Below, piece after piece: positions 32,637 through 42,748 of a stretch of 58,886 bases of DNA. The stretch lies in the NCBI GenBank assembly GCA_964635125.1, contig CAZWMQ010000001.1:150386-209271 (forward strand), written 5' to 3'. The stretch is from an uncultured Candidatus Saccharibacteria bacterium (GTDB lineage: Bacteria > Patescibacteriota > Minisyncoccia > Phycocordibacterales > UBA5272). The notes under the pieces were generated by a model. The model had not been told where the DNA came from. It searched no databases and saw only the letters and a program-made list of their open reading frames with translations. Every line of letters begins with the position of its first letter. Position 1 is the first letter of the stretch. The position numbers and the translations under genes are program-made.

Positions 32637-34415
32637 ATGGAAAATATAAGGAATTTTTCAATTATTGCTCATATTGATCATGGGAAATCTACTTTGGCAG
32701 ATCGGTTGTTAGAATTTACTCATACCGTTGAAAATAGAAAGATGAAGAATCAGGTTCTAGACTCAATGGAGCTGGAAAGAGAGCGAGGAATAACCATTAA
32801 GATGACTCCAGTCCGAATGGAATATAAGAATTATATTTTAAATTTAATTGATACTCCTGGGCATATTGATTTCTCTTATGAAGTATCCCGTAGTTTGCGA
32901 GCTGTAGAGGGTGCGATATTATTAGTGGATGGGACTCAAGGAGTGCAAGCTCAGACTTTAACTACATTAGAAATGGCGAAGTTAGCCAATCTTAAAATAA
33001 TTCCAGTAATTAATAAAATTGATTCACCACTTGCTAATATTCTGGAAGTAAAGAAACAGATTCTAAATCTTTTACCGATAGAGGAAGAAGAAATTATACA
33101 AGTATCTGGAAAAACTGGAGTTGGAGTTGAGAATTTATTAGATGAAATAATTTCTAAAGTTCCAGCTCCAGTCGCTAAAGATTTTAATAATAATAAAAGT
33201 TTCCGAGCTTTAATTTTTGATTTTGAATATTCTAATCACGAAGGAGTAATACTTTATGTTCGAGTATTAAATGGTAAAGTCAAGAGAAATGATGAATTGT
33301 TATTTATAAAATCTAAATACAGATTCTTAGTTCGAAATGTTGGGATATTTAGACCAGAAAAATCAGAAAAATCTGAATTAGTCGAAGGTGAGATTGGTTA
33401 TATTGTAACTGGGATAAAAGAGCCAGGGGTAGCTCGAGTTGGAGATACAGTCACTACTTTTTCTCAACCATTAGAAGCTTTCGCTGGGTATGAAGAACCA
33501 ACCCCATTAGTTTTTGCTTCAATTTATCCAGAATCTCAAGATGAATGGGATGATTTAAGAAGCGCACTTTCTAAGTTAAGGTTATCAGACTCATCTTTAA
33601 CTTATGAAGAAGAAGCTAGCGGTGCATTAGGGCGAGGATTTCGTTGTGGGTTTTTAGGAATGCTACATTTAGAAATAATTGCTGAGAGATTAAAAAGAGA
33701 ATTTGATCAAGAATTAATAATTACTCAACCTTCAATTACTTATGAAGTAGAATTAAAAGATAAAACTATTGAGAAAGTATATACTCCAATTCATTTTCCA
33801 GATCATGGTTCATATCTTAAGGTTATGGAGCCGTGGATTAATTTAACGATTATTGTTCCCAATGAATATTTATCTAATTTAATGCAATTATTTCAGAAAC
33901 ACGAAGCTGAAATAATAGATATGTTGGATTGGGGAGATGGTAGAGTCAATATAACTTTGGATATGCCTCTTCGGGAACTTATGAGAAACTTTTTTGATGA
34001 ATTAAAATCAGCTTCTAGCGGTTATGCTTCTATTTCCTATAAATTGGGGGAGATGAGAGAGGCCAATGTAACTCGTCTAGATGTTTTAGTTGCCGAGGAG
34101 AGAATTCCAGCATTTTCAAGAGTGGTTGCAGAATATAGAGCTAATGAAGAAGCCGAAGAGATAGTTGAGAAATTATATAAGATCTTACCAAGAGAATTGT
34201 TCCGAGTGAAGATTCAAGCAGTAGTCAAAGGTAAGATAATTGCTTCCAGAAGCATAACTGCTATGAAGAAAGATGTTACTGGGTATCTTTATGGTGGAGA
34301 TATTACTCGGAAGATGAAATTAAGAGAAAAACAAAAGAAAGGAAAGAAAAGAATGCAAAAAGAAGGTAAAGTTCATATCGAGCACGACACTTTTTTAGAA
34401 TTAATGAAAAAATAG
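32637..34415 (+). CDS. lepA: Elongation factor 4 (LepA)
   Basis: AHIDHGKSTLADR, CGFLGMLH, YGGDITRKMKL. Confidence 0.98.
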   Translation: MENIRNFSIIAHIDHGKSTLADRLLEFTHTVENRKMKNQVLDSMELERERGITIKMTPVRMEYKNYILNLIDTPGHIDFSYEVSRSLRAVEGAILLVDGTQGVQAQTLTTLEMAKLANLKIIPVINKIDSPLANILEVKKQILNLLPIEEEEIIQVSGKTGVGVENLLDEIISKVPAPVAKDFNNNKSFRALIFDFEYSNHEGVILYVRVLNGKVKRNDELLFIKSKYRFLVRNVGIFRPEKSEKSELVEGEIGYIVTGIKEPGVARVGDTVTTFSQPLEAFAGYEEPTPLVFASIYPESQDEWDDLRSALSKLRLSDSSLTYEEEASGALGRGFRCGFLGMLHLEIIAERLKREFDQELIITQPSITYEVELKDKTIEKVYTPIHFPDHGSYLKVMEPWINLTIIVPNEYLSNLMQLFQKHEAEIIDMLDWGDGRVNITLDMPLRELMRNFFDELKSASSGYASISYKLGEMREANVTRLDVLVAEERIPAFSRVVAEYRANEEAEEIVEKLYKILPRELFRVKIQAVVKGKIIASRSITAMKKDVTGYLYGGDITRKMKLREKQKKGKKRMQKEGKVHIEHDTFLELMKK

Positions 34416-34417
34416 TT

Positions 34418-34528
34418 TTAGGATCTAAGTAAAGGAATTAATAAAAAAGCAATCATTCCTAAAGCCATAATAACAGCAAGAATACTATAGATTTTTTTTA
34501 TTCTTTTTTGGTGTTTACTATTAAACAT
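34418..34528 (-). CDS. 36-aa single-pass membrane miniprotein (not in track)
   Basis: MFNSKHQKRIKKIYSILAVIMALGMIAFLLIPLLRS*: basic N-terminus plus TM. Confidence 0.55.
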   Translation of the reverse strand: MFNSKHQKRIKKIYSILAVIMALGMIAFLLIPLLRS

Positions 34529-34602
34529 ATATTTATTATTAAATTATAGCATTTTATAGAAATAATTAAAAGATTTATCAGGATATGATATTATTATAAT
34601 TA

Positions 34603-34992
34603 ATGAGAAAATATCATAGAAAGTTTATTTGGAGAAGTTTTTTTCGATCCACTTTTTTAGTGGTTATTCTAATGTTGTTGGTGGTATTTATATTATATAA
34701 GTTTATAATTGAATTTCAAAAGTATCTATTTATTAGAAAACAATATCAATTTTCTACAATTCAAACATTAGAATCTTCAAAAAAATTATCAGCTAATCAA
34801 GATAAATTAGATAACATTAATACAGAAGCAGGAGAAGAAGAATATATCAGGGAGACTTATTCAGTAAAAAAAGACGGAGAGGGTATAATCGTATTATATA
34901 ATAACCCTAATTCAACCTATGAAATTCCTAAATCAGAATCAAAATGGCAAAGTTTTAAGGATTATTTGAAAAGATTGATTAATATAAATTAA
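34603..34992 (+). CDS. Septum-formation initiator-like (FtsB/DivIC) protein
   Basis: TM, coiled coil, EEYIRETYSVKKDGEGIIV. Confidence 0.6.
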   Translation: MRKYHRKFIWRSFFRSTFLVVILMLLVVFILYKFIIEFQKYLFIRKQYQFSTIQTLESSKKLSANQDKLDNINTEAGEEEYIRETYSVKKDGEGIIVLYNNPNSTYEIPKSESKWQSFKDYLKRLININ

Positions 34993-35040
34993 TATATGAT
35001 ATAATATTAAAGTACATTCCTGTACCAATTAATTAAAATT

Positions 35041-35292
35041 ATGAGTAACATAAATAAAAAAATTGAAATTTATTCAACAGATACTTGTCATTTTTGTAAA
35101 TTAGCCAAAGAATGGTTTAAAGAAAAAGGCTTAGATTATACTAATTATAATGTTGGAACAGATTTAGATAAAAGAAAAGAAATGGTAGAGATGACCGGAC
35201 AATTAGGGGTTCCAGTTATTAGAATACAAGATGATGTGATTATAGGATTTAATCCAAATAAATTATCTGAAATATTAAATTTATCAGTATAA
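35041..35292 (+). CDS. Glutaredoxin/NrdH-like redoxin
   Basis: IYSTDTCHFC, GQLGVPVI, IIGFN. Confidence 0.9.
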   Translation: MSNINKKIEIYSTDTCHFCKLAKEWFKEKGLDYTNYNVGTDLDKRKEMVEMTGQLGVPVIRIQDDVIIGFNPNKLSEILNLSV

Positions 35293-35394
35293 AAAATAAA
35301 AATTACAATTTAAAATAATTAGATTTTAAATAATCTATACTGATTTTTTATTTGTTTGATAAGGTTTTTTATGTTAAAATAATTTAACCTATAA

Positions 35395-35467
35395 GCCGAG
35401 ATAGCTCAGTTGGTAGAGCGCTTCCCTGAAGAGGAATAGGTCGCCAGTTCAATCCTGGCTCTCGGCA
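35395..35467 (+). tRNA. tRNA-Phe(GAA)
   Basis: GCCGAGA acceptor, TTCC-CTGAAGA-GGAA, AGTTCAATCCT. Confidence 0.92.
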
Positions 35468-35492
35468 CAGAGAAAGTTAATCTAAGATTATT

Positions 35493-35807
35493 CTAATTTA
35501 AGTTTAAAAAGTTTTTAATAGCTTTAAGAAAGGTTCCGTTTGGGGTAAGTAAAGGTTTGAAATTATTATAATCTTCAATAGCAGTTTCAGATTCAGTCGG
35601 GACTTTAATTTCATTTAAATTAGATCTTATGACTTGATAGGTTGGTCGAAGAAAGAAATAAGCTCCAATTAATCCTAAAATAACTACTATCCAATAAGTT
35701 GTTTTAATTATAGTTTGAAATCTTAAATGTTTATGCATCTTTTTAAGAGTTTTTTGATTTTCAGTAACTATTTTTACTAACTCGTCTATTTTTTGTTCTG
35801 GATCCAT
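35493..35807 (-). CDS. Single-TM hypothetical protein
   Basis: Coiled N-terminus, TM YWIVVILGLIGAYFFL. Confidence 0.75.
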   Translation of the reverse strand: MDPEQKIDELVKIVTENQKTLKKMHKHLRFQTIIKTTYWIVVILGLIGAYFFLRPTYQVIRSNLNEIKVPTESETAIEDYNNFKPLLTPNGTFLKAIKNFLNLN

Positions 35808-35883
35808 AATTTACCTATTTTAACATAGAATTAGAGTATATTTTCTTCTTTTATCTTATTTCTTAAGCCTTCGGTCTTTTTAG

Positions 35884-35955
35884 TGCTCTCGGCAGGAATC
35901 GAACCTACAATTCCTCCTTAGGACGGAGGAGTTATATCCATTTAACTACGAGAGC
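35884..35955 (-). tRNA. tRNA-Arg(CCT)
   Basis: GCTCTCG acceptor, CCTCC-GTCCTAA-GGAGG, GGTTCGATTCC. Confidence 0.9.
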
Positions 35956-36058
35956 AATTAAACTTACTTAAATATATCACAACCTTGTCTTTTTTAAAAT
36001 TTATGTTAAACTAGTATTCTTGTCTGCTCTTTTATTTTTTAGATTTTAAATTATTTTT

Positions 36059-36256
36059 ATGCAAAACAAAAGAACTTTCGAAGAATTTCTGATGAGCCTA
36101 AATCTTTTAAATAGGGCCCAAAGTTATTTCAATAGAGATTCTTTTTTTAGAATTCTTTTTATTGATACTATTAATCTCAAAATTTGCCTAGACATTAATG
36201 GTACTCCGAAGTGGTTTGAAGAAAAAGATTTTCTAGAAGAGAAGCTTTGCCGGTAA
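36059..36256 (+). CDS. Small hypothetical protein
   Basis: Open frame followed by a strong hairpin; no motif recognised. Confidence 0.35.
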   Translation: MQNKRTFEEFLMSLNLLNRAQSYFNRDSFFRILFIDTINLKICLDINGTPKWFEEKDFLEEKLCR

Positions 36257-36262
36257 GAAAGT

Positions 36263-36292
36263 AAAACTCCTGCTAATTTTCGCAGGAGTTTT
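36263..36292. terminator. Bidirectional intrinsic terminator
   Basis: AAAACTCCTGC/GCAGGAGTTTT. Confidence 0.75.
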
Positions 36293-36296
36293 TAAT

Positions 36297-36818
36297 TTAA
36301 ATAGATTTAACTTTTACTTTAGAAGTTTTAGCTTTATCAACTTTAGGTAATCTTATGATTAATAAGCCATGTTTCTCAACTGCTTCAACTCCTTCAATCT
36401 CAATCTCATGTGGTAGAAGAATACTTCTAGAGAAAGATCCCCAATAAAGTTCTTTATAAAAATAATCATCGTCAGTAATTTGAGTATTACCATCTCTACG
36501 GCCTTTAATAGTGACCATATCTCGGGTTATAGAGATTTGTAGATCTTCTGGCTTAACCCCAGCTAGCATTGATTCAATTATAATCTCATTAGGAGTTTGA
36601 TAAACATCAACTGAAAGTTCACCATCTTCTTCATACTCTTCTTCTGGCTCCAAGTTAGCTATTTTTTTTTCAGTTTGAATTAATTTTTTACTAGGAGTTT
36701 TTTCTAAGGGAACTTCATATTCTTCTTCATCTCCATATTCTTCCTCATCTCTATCATTATCATCAACCATGACAGAGCCAGCTAATCTCTCAAAGAATGA
36801 TCTTTTATCTTTTGACAT
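36297..36818 (-). CDS. Hsp20/alpha-crystallin small heat-shock protein with acidic N-terminus
   Basis: VDVYQTPNEIII..LAGVKPEDL..ELYWGSFSRSILLP..HGLLIIRLPK. Confidence 0.9.
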   Translation of the reverse strand: MSKDKRSFFERLAGSVMVDDNDRDEEEYGDEEEYEVPLEKTPSKKLIQTEKKIANLEPEEEYEEDGELSVDVYQTPNEIIIESMLAGVKPEDLQISITRDMVTIKGRRDGNTQITDDDYFYKELYWGSFSRSILLPHEIEIEGVEAVEKHGLLIIRLPKVDKAKTSKVKVKSI

Positions 36819-36943
36819 ATAATTTAATTATTTTTTAAAGTTAAACCTTAATAAGTATATTATTATTATACCTATTATTTTTATTTTCTACAATAAAAAT
36901 TTATAGAGTTATCCACATTTTTAAATTTTACTATAAAATAGTC

Positions 36944-39121
36944 TTAATTTTTTACCCAATTTGTAACTAATAGTAAATCTTCGCTAACATTTTTAATATC
37001 TTTTCAGATCTCTTCAGTAAGAAAAGGCATAAATGGATGTAAAGTTATAATTAGATTTTTCAAAGTTATATATAAAGTAGCTTGAGCGGAAACTTTATCT
37101 TTATTATCATTAATTCTTACTTTTAAAGTTTCTAAATATTTATCACAGAATTCATGTCAGAAAAAAGCATAGATTCTCTCGCTAGCTAAATGTAGGCGAT
37201 AATTCTCAATATCTTCGGTTATTTCTTTAATTGTATTTAGAGTTTGATTATAGATATTTTTATCCTCTCCATTAATAATATTCTTAATATGATCTTGTTT
37301 TTTATCATAGTTTTCAGTTTTTTCTAAAACTAATCTGGTGGCATTTCAAACTTTATTAGCGAAATTTTTATAAGCTTTAACTTTATCTTCTGACAATCTT
37401 AGATCATTTCCTGGACCATTGCCAACTATTAAAGACATTCTTAAAGCATCAGTTCCATATTTGATAATTAATTCTCTAGGATCTAGAGCATTACCTAAAG
37501 ATTTACTCATTTTTCTGCCTTGATTATCACGAACCAGTCCATGTAAATAAGTTGCTTTGAAAGGAATTTGATTTAAGGCATATTTACTCATCATAATCAT
37601 TCGAGCTACTCAGAAAAATAAAATGTCATGTCCAGTTTCTAATAAATTAGTTGGATGATATTTTTTGAGATCAGGAGTTTTCTCAGGCCAACCCAAGGTG
37701 GAGAAAGTCCACATACCGCTTGAGAATCAAGTATCAAGTGTATCTTCGTCTTGAATTAAACTATCATCATCATTAAAGCCAACTGCTTTAATTTTTTTAT
37801 TTTGATCATATCAAACCGGAATACGATGACCATATCAGATCTGTCTTGAGATACATCAATCTTTTAAATTATTTACCCAATGGAAATATATTTTAGAAAA
37901 TCTCTCTGGAATAATTTCTAAATTATCTTTCTCAACGGCTTCTAGCATTAACTTTTTTAATGTGGTTCTATTTCCAAAGTGATTAAATTCTTTATTCACA
38001 GCGACAAATCATTGTAATTTCGGAAGTGGTTCAATAATTCCACCGGTTCGCTCAGCGGTGGAAACATTTTGAGTAATTTCTTTTTCCTCAATTAAGAGAT
38101 TATTTTCTTTTAACTTTTCAATGATAATCTCTCTGGCTTCTAGGACTTTTTTACCATCGAGCTCAGTATTAGTATTAATTATTTTGGCAAATTCATTAAT
38201 CACTTGTTTAGATTCTAAATTATGTCTCTCACCAATCTCCTCATCAATCTTAGAGTGAGCAGGAGTAACTCCGAGAGCTCCAGTTCCAAATTCCATATCT
38301 ACTTCTTTATCAGCGATAATTTTAATCTCTAAATTAACTCCACAGAAATTCACTTGAAAAGTTTTTCCGATATATTCTTGATATCGAGTATCATCTCCAT
38401 TAACTGCAACTGCAGTATCACCAAGCTTAGTCTCTGGTCTAGTCGTTGAGATAGCAATCGGAAAGTCTTTATCATATTTAAAAGTATAAAGCATAGCTTT
38501 CCTTTCCTCATAAACAACTTCATCATCAGAAATAACCGTCTGTCCTTTAGGATCTCAATTAATTACTCGATAACCTTGATAGATTAATCCATCTTCATAC
38601 ATTTTCTTAAACATAATATTCACCGCCTCATTTCTTTTTGAGTCTAAAGTGAAAGAAAGGCGAGATCAATCAAGTGTAGCTCCCATCGATTCAAATTGGG
38701 AGAGAATTGTCTCTTGCGAATTTAAAGCAAAATCATTAACTCTTTTTAAAAATTCTTCTCGACCCAGGTCATGTCTTTTAAGATTTTCTTTTTTAAATAA
38801 TTCTTTCTCTACTACCAATTGAGTAGCAATAGCCGCATGGTCAGTTCCGGGAAGTCAGAGAGTGCGATAATGATTCATACGATAATATCTAATAATAGTA
38901 TCTTGGATAGCAAGCATTAAGGCATGTCCAGTGTGAAGTGTCCCAGTAACATTTGGTGGCGGTAAGATCATTGAGAAAATTTTCTCATTATCATCCTTAT
39001 CAAGAGTAACATTTTTTAAATTATCTGGATTGAAATAACCTGAGTCTCGTCAAGCTTTATAATTAGGATTCTCAAACTCTTCTGGATTATAGGCTTTTAA
39101 ATATTTTTCAGGTAACGACAT
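36944..39121 (-). CDS. valS: Valyl-tRNA synthetase (short form lacking C-terminal coiled coil), 725 aa
   Basis: [14 protein letters not shown](W)LPGTDHA, D(W)CISRQI(W)YGHRIPV(W)Y, DT(W)FSS, KMSKS; about 13 in-frame TGA; TAA 36944-46. Confidence 0.95.
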
Positions 39122-39195
39122 ATTTATATATAATGTATGTTAATCTTATCATATTTTCATATTTTTGTTATAATCTTAAACTATCAAAATAATTT

Positions 39196-39720
39196 ATGAA
39201 AAAAATGAAAAAGCAAGATAAAGTTTTAAAAAAAGTTTCCCCATTAGCTAAAGAATTATCAAGAAAAGTTTCTAAAGATAAAAATAAAAAGAAAACTGCC
39301 ACTGATAAGTATTTCTTGCCAGACCATCATTTTAAAAAAGTAAAAGTCAAAAGAGGATTAAACGGACTTGGCTTATTTGCTGGTGAAGATATTAAGAAAG
39401 GTGAATTAATTATTGAATATATTGGAAATATTCTTACGGATAAAGAAACGGATAAAATTCCAGACAGTAGATATATTTTTTCAGTATCAAAAAATCATAA
39501 TATAGACGGAACTCCAAGATGGAATTTAGCCCGTTATTGTAATCACTCATGTGATGGTAATGCCGAGAGTGATGTTAAAAAGAAAAGAGTTTTTGTTCGA
39601 GCCATTAAGAATATTAATAGCGGTGAAGAAATAACTTATGATTATGGAGAAGAATATTTTAAAGAATTTTTATTAGGGCATTGTATGTGCGGAGCAGAGA
39701 AACATTTGTATAGCGATTAA
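39196..39720 (+). CDS. SET-domain protein lysine methyltransferase
   Basis: GLGLFAGEDIKKGELIIEYIG, RYCNHSCDGN, EEITYDYG, post-SET CMCG. Confidence 0.92.
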   Translation: MKKMKKQDKVLKKVSPLAKELSRKVSKDKNKKKTATDKYFLPDHHFKKVKVKRGLNGLGLFAGEDIKKGELIIEYIGNILTDKETDKIPDSRYIFSVSKNHNIDGTPRWNLARYCNHSCDGNAESDVKKKRVFVRAIKNINSGEEITYDYGEEYFKEFLLGHCMCGAEKHLYSD

Positions 39721-39926
39721 AAATTTTCTAAAAATAATTTTAGAAAAATAAAAAAATCTGAAAAATATTTTTTATAAAAATAAAAAAGTTATCCACAAAA
39801 ATTTTTAAGAAAAGTATTGTGAAATTATTTTTTAATGAGATAATATTATTAGAGAGGCATGATCAAAGGTCCAAGATCAAAATTATAAGCGCACTCTCAA
39901 GTATTTAATACTTTAAAATAAATAAT

Positions 39927-40001
39927 ATGGCAGCAAAGAAAAAAGCAGCAAAGAAAAAAGTTGCTCACAAGAAAAAAGCAGCTAAGAAAAGAAGAAAATA
40001 G
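39927..40001 (+). CDS. 24-aa Lys/Ala-rich histone-H1-like peptide (not in track)
   Basis: MAAKKKAAKKKVAHKKKAAKKRRK*; own promoter-like region upstream and terminator immediately downstream. Confidence 0.75.
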   Translation: MAAKKKAAKKKVAHKKKAAKKRRK

Positions 40002-40021
40002 TTTTTCTTAAAGCTTAAATT

Positions 40022-40055
40022 AAAATCCTCTGCGTCTCCCACGACAGAGGATTTT
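40022..40055 (+). terminator. Intrinsic terminator after the Lys-rich peptide gene
   Basis: AAAATCCTCTG/CAGAGGATTTT stem then T-rich tract. Confidence 0.75.
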
Positions 40056-40157
40056 AGTTTTCATCTATCTTTTATTTATTTAAAATTTTATTTTTTTAAG
40101 GTATAATTGTAATTAGTTAATATTATTAGAATTATTAAATTATAAGTATCATTATAT

Positions 40158-40529
40158 ATGAATATTGAAATTAGAAGTAATGAAGTATTAATTACTGAAG
40201 CTATTAAAAGTTATTTAGAAAAAAGAGTAATTGAGTCTCTAGAAAAATTTTATAAAGGAGATAAGATTAAAGATGTTTTTGTAAGTATAGAAGTGGTTAA
40301 ATTAAGTAATAGCCACAATAAAGGCGATCAATATAAAGTCTCAGCAAATATTATAAGTAGAGGGGAGAAAGTTTTCTTTGTTGAATCTACCGGCCTAGAT
40401 CTTTATGCAATTATTGATAATTTAAAAAATAAGATAATTAATATAATAGTTAGTACTCATGGTAAGAAAGAAAGCCTATCAAGAAGAATGGCAAGTCAAT
40501 TTAAAAAAATGTTCAAGAGAAGTAATTAA
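40158..40529 (+). CDS. Ribosome hibernation promoting factor (HPF/RaiA family)
   Basis: [28 protein letters not shown]. Confidence 0.8.
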   Translation: MNIEIRSNEVLITEAIKSYLEKRVIESLEKFYKGDKIKDVFVSIEVVKLSNSHNKGDQYKVSANIISRGEKVFFVESTGLDLYAIIDNLKNKIINIIVSTHGKKESLSRRMASQFKKMFKRSN

Positions 40530-40531
40530 GT

Positions 40532-41200
40532 ATGAAATCAACTATAAAAATAAGTATAATCGTTGTTGTAATTATAATAATCTTGTCTTTTTTCTTTGAT
40601 AGGAGTCCAAATCTAGGTGGAATGGATAATTCTTTTTCTTATACAAATAATAATTCTAATAAAGATAAGGGGGAAATTAATAATAAAAATAATCAATCTA
40701 AAAATATGTTAAATGATAAACAAAATTATTCTTTAGTAACTTTACACACTAATCTTGGAGATATTACTTTTGAATTAGCTAAAGACAAGCCTAAAACTAC
40801 AGAAAATTTTATTAAATTAGCAGGCGAGGGATTTTATAGCGGGATTAAATTTCATCGGGTGATTAAAGGATTTATGATACAAACGGGTGACCCACTTTCT
40901 AAAGATGATAGTTTGAAACCTCGCTGAGGAACAGGAGGACCAGGTTATCAATTTGAAGATGAATTAACCGGTAGTGAAAAATATACAATCGGAACTGTAG
41001 CTATGGCAAATGCTGGACCAAATACCAATGGCTCTCAATTCTTCATTATGACTAGTAATACTCCATTACCACCATCTTATACAGTTTTTGGTAAAGTAAT
41101 CACTGGGCAAGACATAGCTAATCAGATCTCAGAAGTTGAAACCGATTCTTTGGATCGCCCAGTAAAAGATATAGTTATAAATTCAGTTGATTTAAAGTAA
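40532..41200 (+). CDS. Membrane-anchored cyclophilin-type peptidyl-prolyl isomerase
   Basis: [21 protein letters not shown], (W)[26 protein letters not shown]; TGA 40925-27. Confidence 0.93.
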
Positions 41201-41219
41201 TTTGTAGATATATTTGGTA

Positions 41220-42113
41220 TTATTTTAAATAACCCTTTTTAAAATCTGTAAAACTCATTTCTTTTTTGCCTTCTGGAATAACTTTTAAAATAATTTCATC
41301 AGCCAATTTATTTTTAGCCCAGTCTTTATTTAAGTTAACTTGGCTAACTTTTACTCTGATCAATTTCTGATTATTTTTATTATGAATAAAGAAAAAGATT
41401 GGAATATGAGGCGGTAAAGCTTTAAATTTATTTTGGATTTCTTGCGACGGGTCATTTAAAGAGATTTCCCCGTCGTCTTTTTGAAATTTATAAGTAAAGG
41501 TTGCTTTACTATGATCTTGTTCAATTGGAATTAATTTATGGTTAAGGTAATTATTAATATTATCAATTATTAATTTTGCTCCTCGCTCTCCAGCCAAGCT
41601 TTCTAAGTCTAAATTAGTTTCCATTTCTTGAATTGAAAATATTTTCTGAATTAAGATTGGGCCATGATCCATTTCTTTATCTATTTTCATTATACTGATT
41701 CCTAGTTTGTCATCTCCATTAATTAAAGCAGTTTGAATCGGAGAAGGTCCTCGATAAAGTGGTAATAATGAAGGGTGAATATTAATAACTCCATCTCTAA
41801 ATAAATTTAAAAACCCTTCTTTTAAAATTTTTGGATAAGAAGCAACAATTGCTAAGTCAAATTTTTCTTTTAACGGAGTATCTTGAAAGTTAATATCTTT
41901 TAATGTTTCTGGTTGTCAATAAGAAATATTATTATCTTTAGCAATTTTAACTATCTGATTTTCGATTTCTTTTAAGCCTCGTCCAGAAGATTTGTTCGAA
42001 GTAGTAATAATTAAGCTCGGCTTTCAATTGTTATTTAAGAAGGTTTGTAAGGAAGATATAGCTAATGGTCCAGACCCTAAAAACACCCATTTAATATCTT
42101 TATAGTTTTTCAT
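41220..42113 (-). CDS. fmt: Methionyl-tRNA formyltransferase
   Basis: INIHPSLLPLYRGPSPIQ, MDHGPI; TGA 42024-26 and 41916-18. Confidence 0.93.
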
Positions 42114-42117
42114 AATT

Positions 42118-42708
42118 TTAAGGATTAGTATTTTGCTTATTTCTCTTTTCGATTTCCATTGCCTTTTTAATTTCTTCTAAATCTACCGCTTGAATATTTT
42201 CAGCATGATCAATAAATAATATTCCTTTCAAATGATCGTATTCATGTTGGATAATATGAGCAATAAGTCCACTTGCTCCATAGTTAAATTTATTTCCATT
42301 TTCATCATAAGCTTCGACTGTAATATTAGTATGTCGCATAGTAGTTCCATAAAGAGGTCGAACTGAGAGGCAACCCTCCTCCGATGGTATAAGTTTTTTG
42401 CTGACTTTTAAGATCTTAGGATTAATAAATACTAATGGTCGGAACTTAGGATTTTTATTTCCATAATTATAGGCTTCATCTTTAATTACAAAGATTTGTT
42501 TTAGTATTCCAATCTGCGGAGCAGCAATCGCCACTCCATCAATTTCTTTAGCCATAGCTGTATTTAATTCAGTAATTGTCTTTTTTAATTCCTTACTACT
42601 AAATTCTTTTTTAAGAATCGGTTTAGCTATTTGTCTTAAAATACTTTTCTCATCTAATTTAGCAGTTTTTTCTTCTTTTTTATAATCAATTTGGAGAATT
42701 TTAGGCAT
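42118..42708 (-). CDS. def: Peptide deformylase
   Basis: GVAIAAPQIG, EGCLS, QHEYDHLKG. Confidence 0.96.
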   Translation of the reverse strand: MPKILQIDYKKEEKTAKLDEKSILRQIAKPILKKEFSSKELKKTITELNTAMAKEIDGVAIAAPQIGILKQIFVIKDEAYNYGNKNPKFRPLVFINPKILKVSKKLIPSEEGCLSVRPLYGTTMRHTNITVEAYDENGNKFNYGASGLIAHIIQHEYDHLKGILFIDHAENIQAVDLEEIKKAMEIEKRNKQNTNP

Positions 42709-42748
42709 ACTTTTATTATATCATTTTAACAAATATGTAATTATTAGT

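Noticed and set aside
35884-35955. Unusual G32 in tRNA-Arg(CCT) and a stem mismatch in tRNA-Phe as recoding signals
   Set aside because: Anticodons are standard, and Arg/Phe codons align normally in conserved proteins
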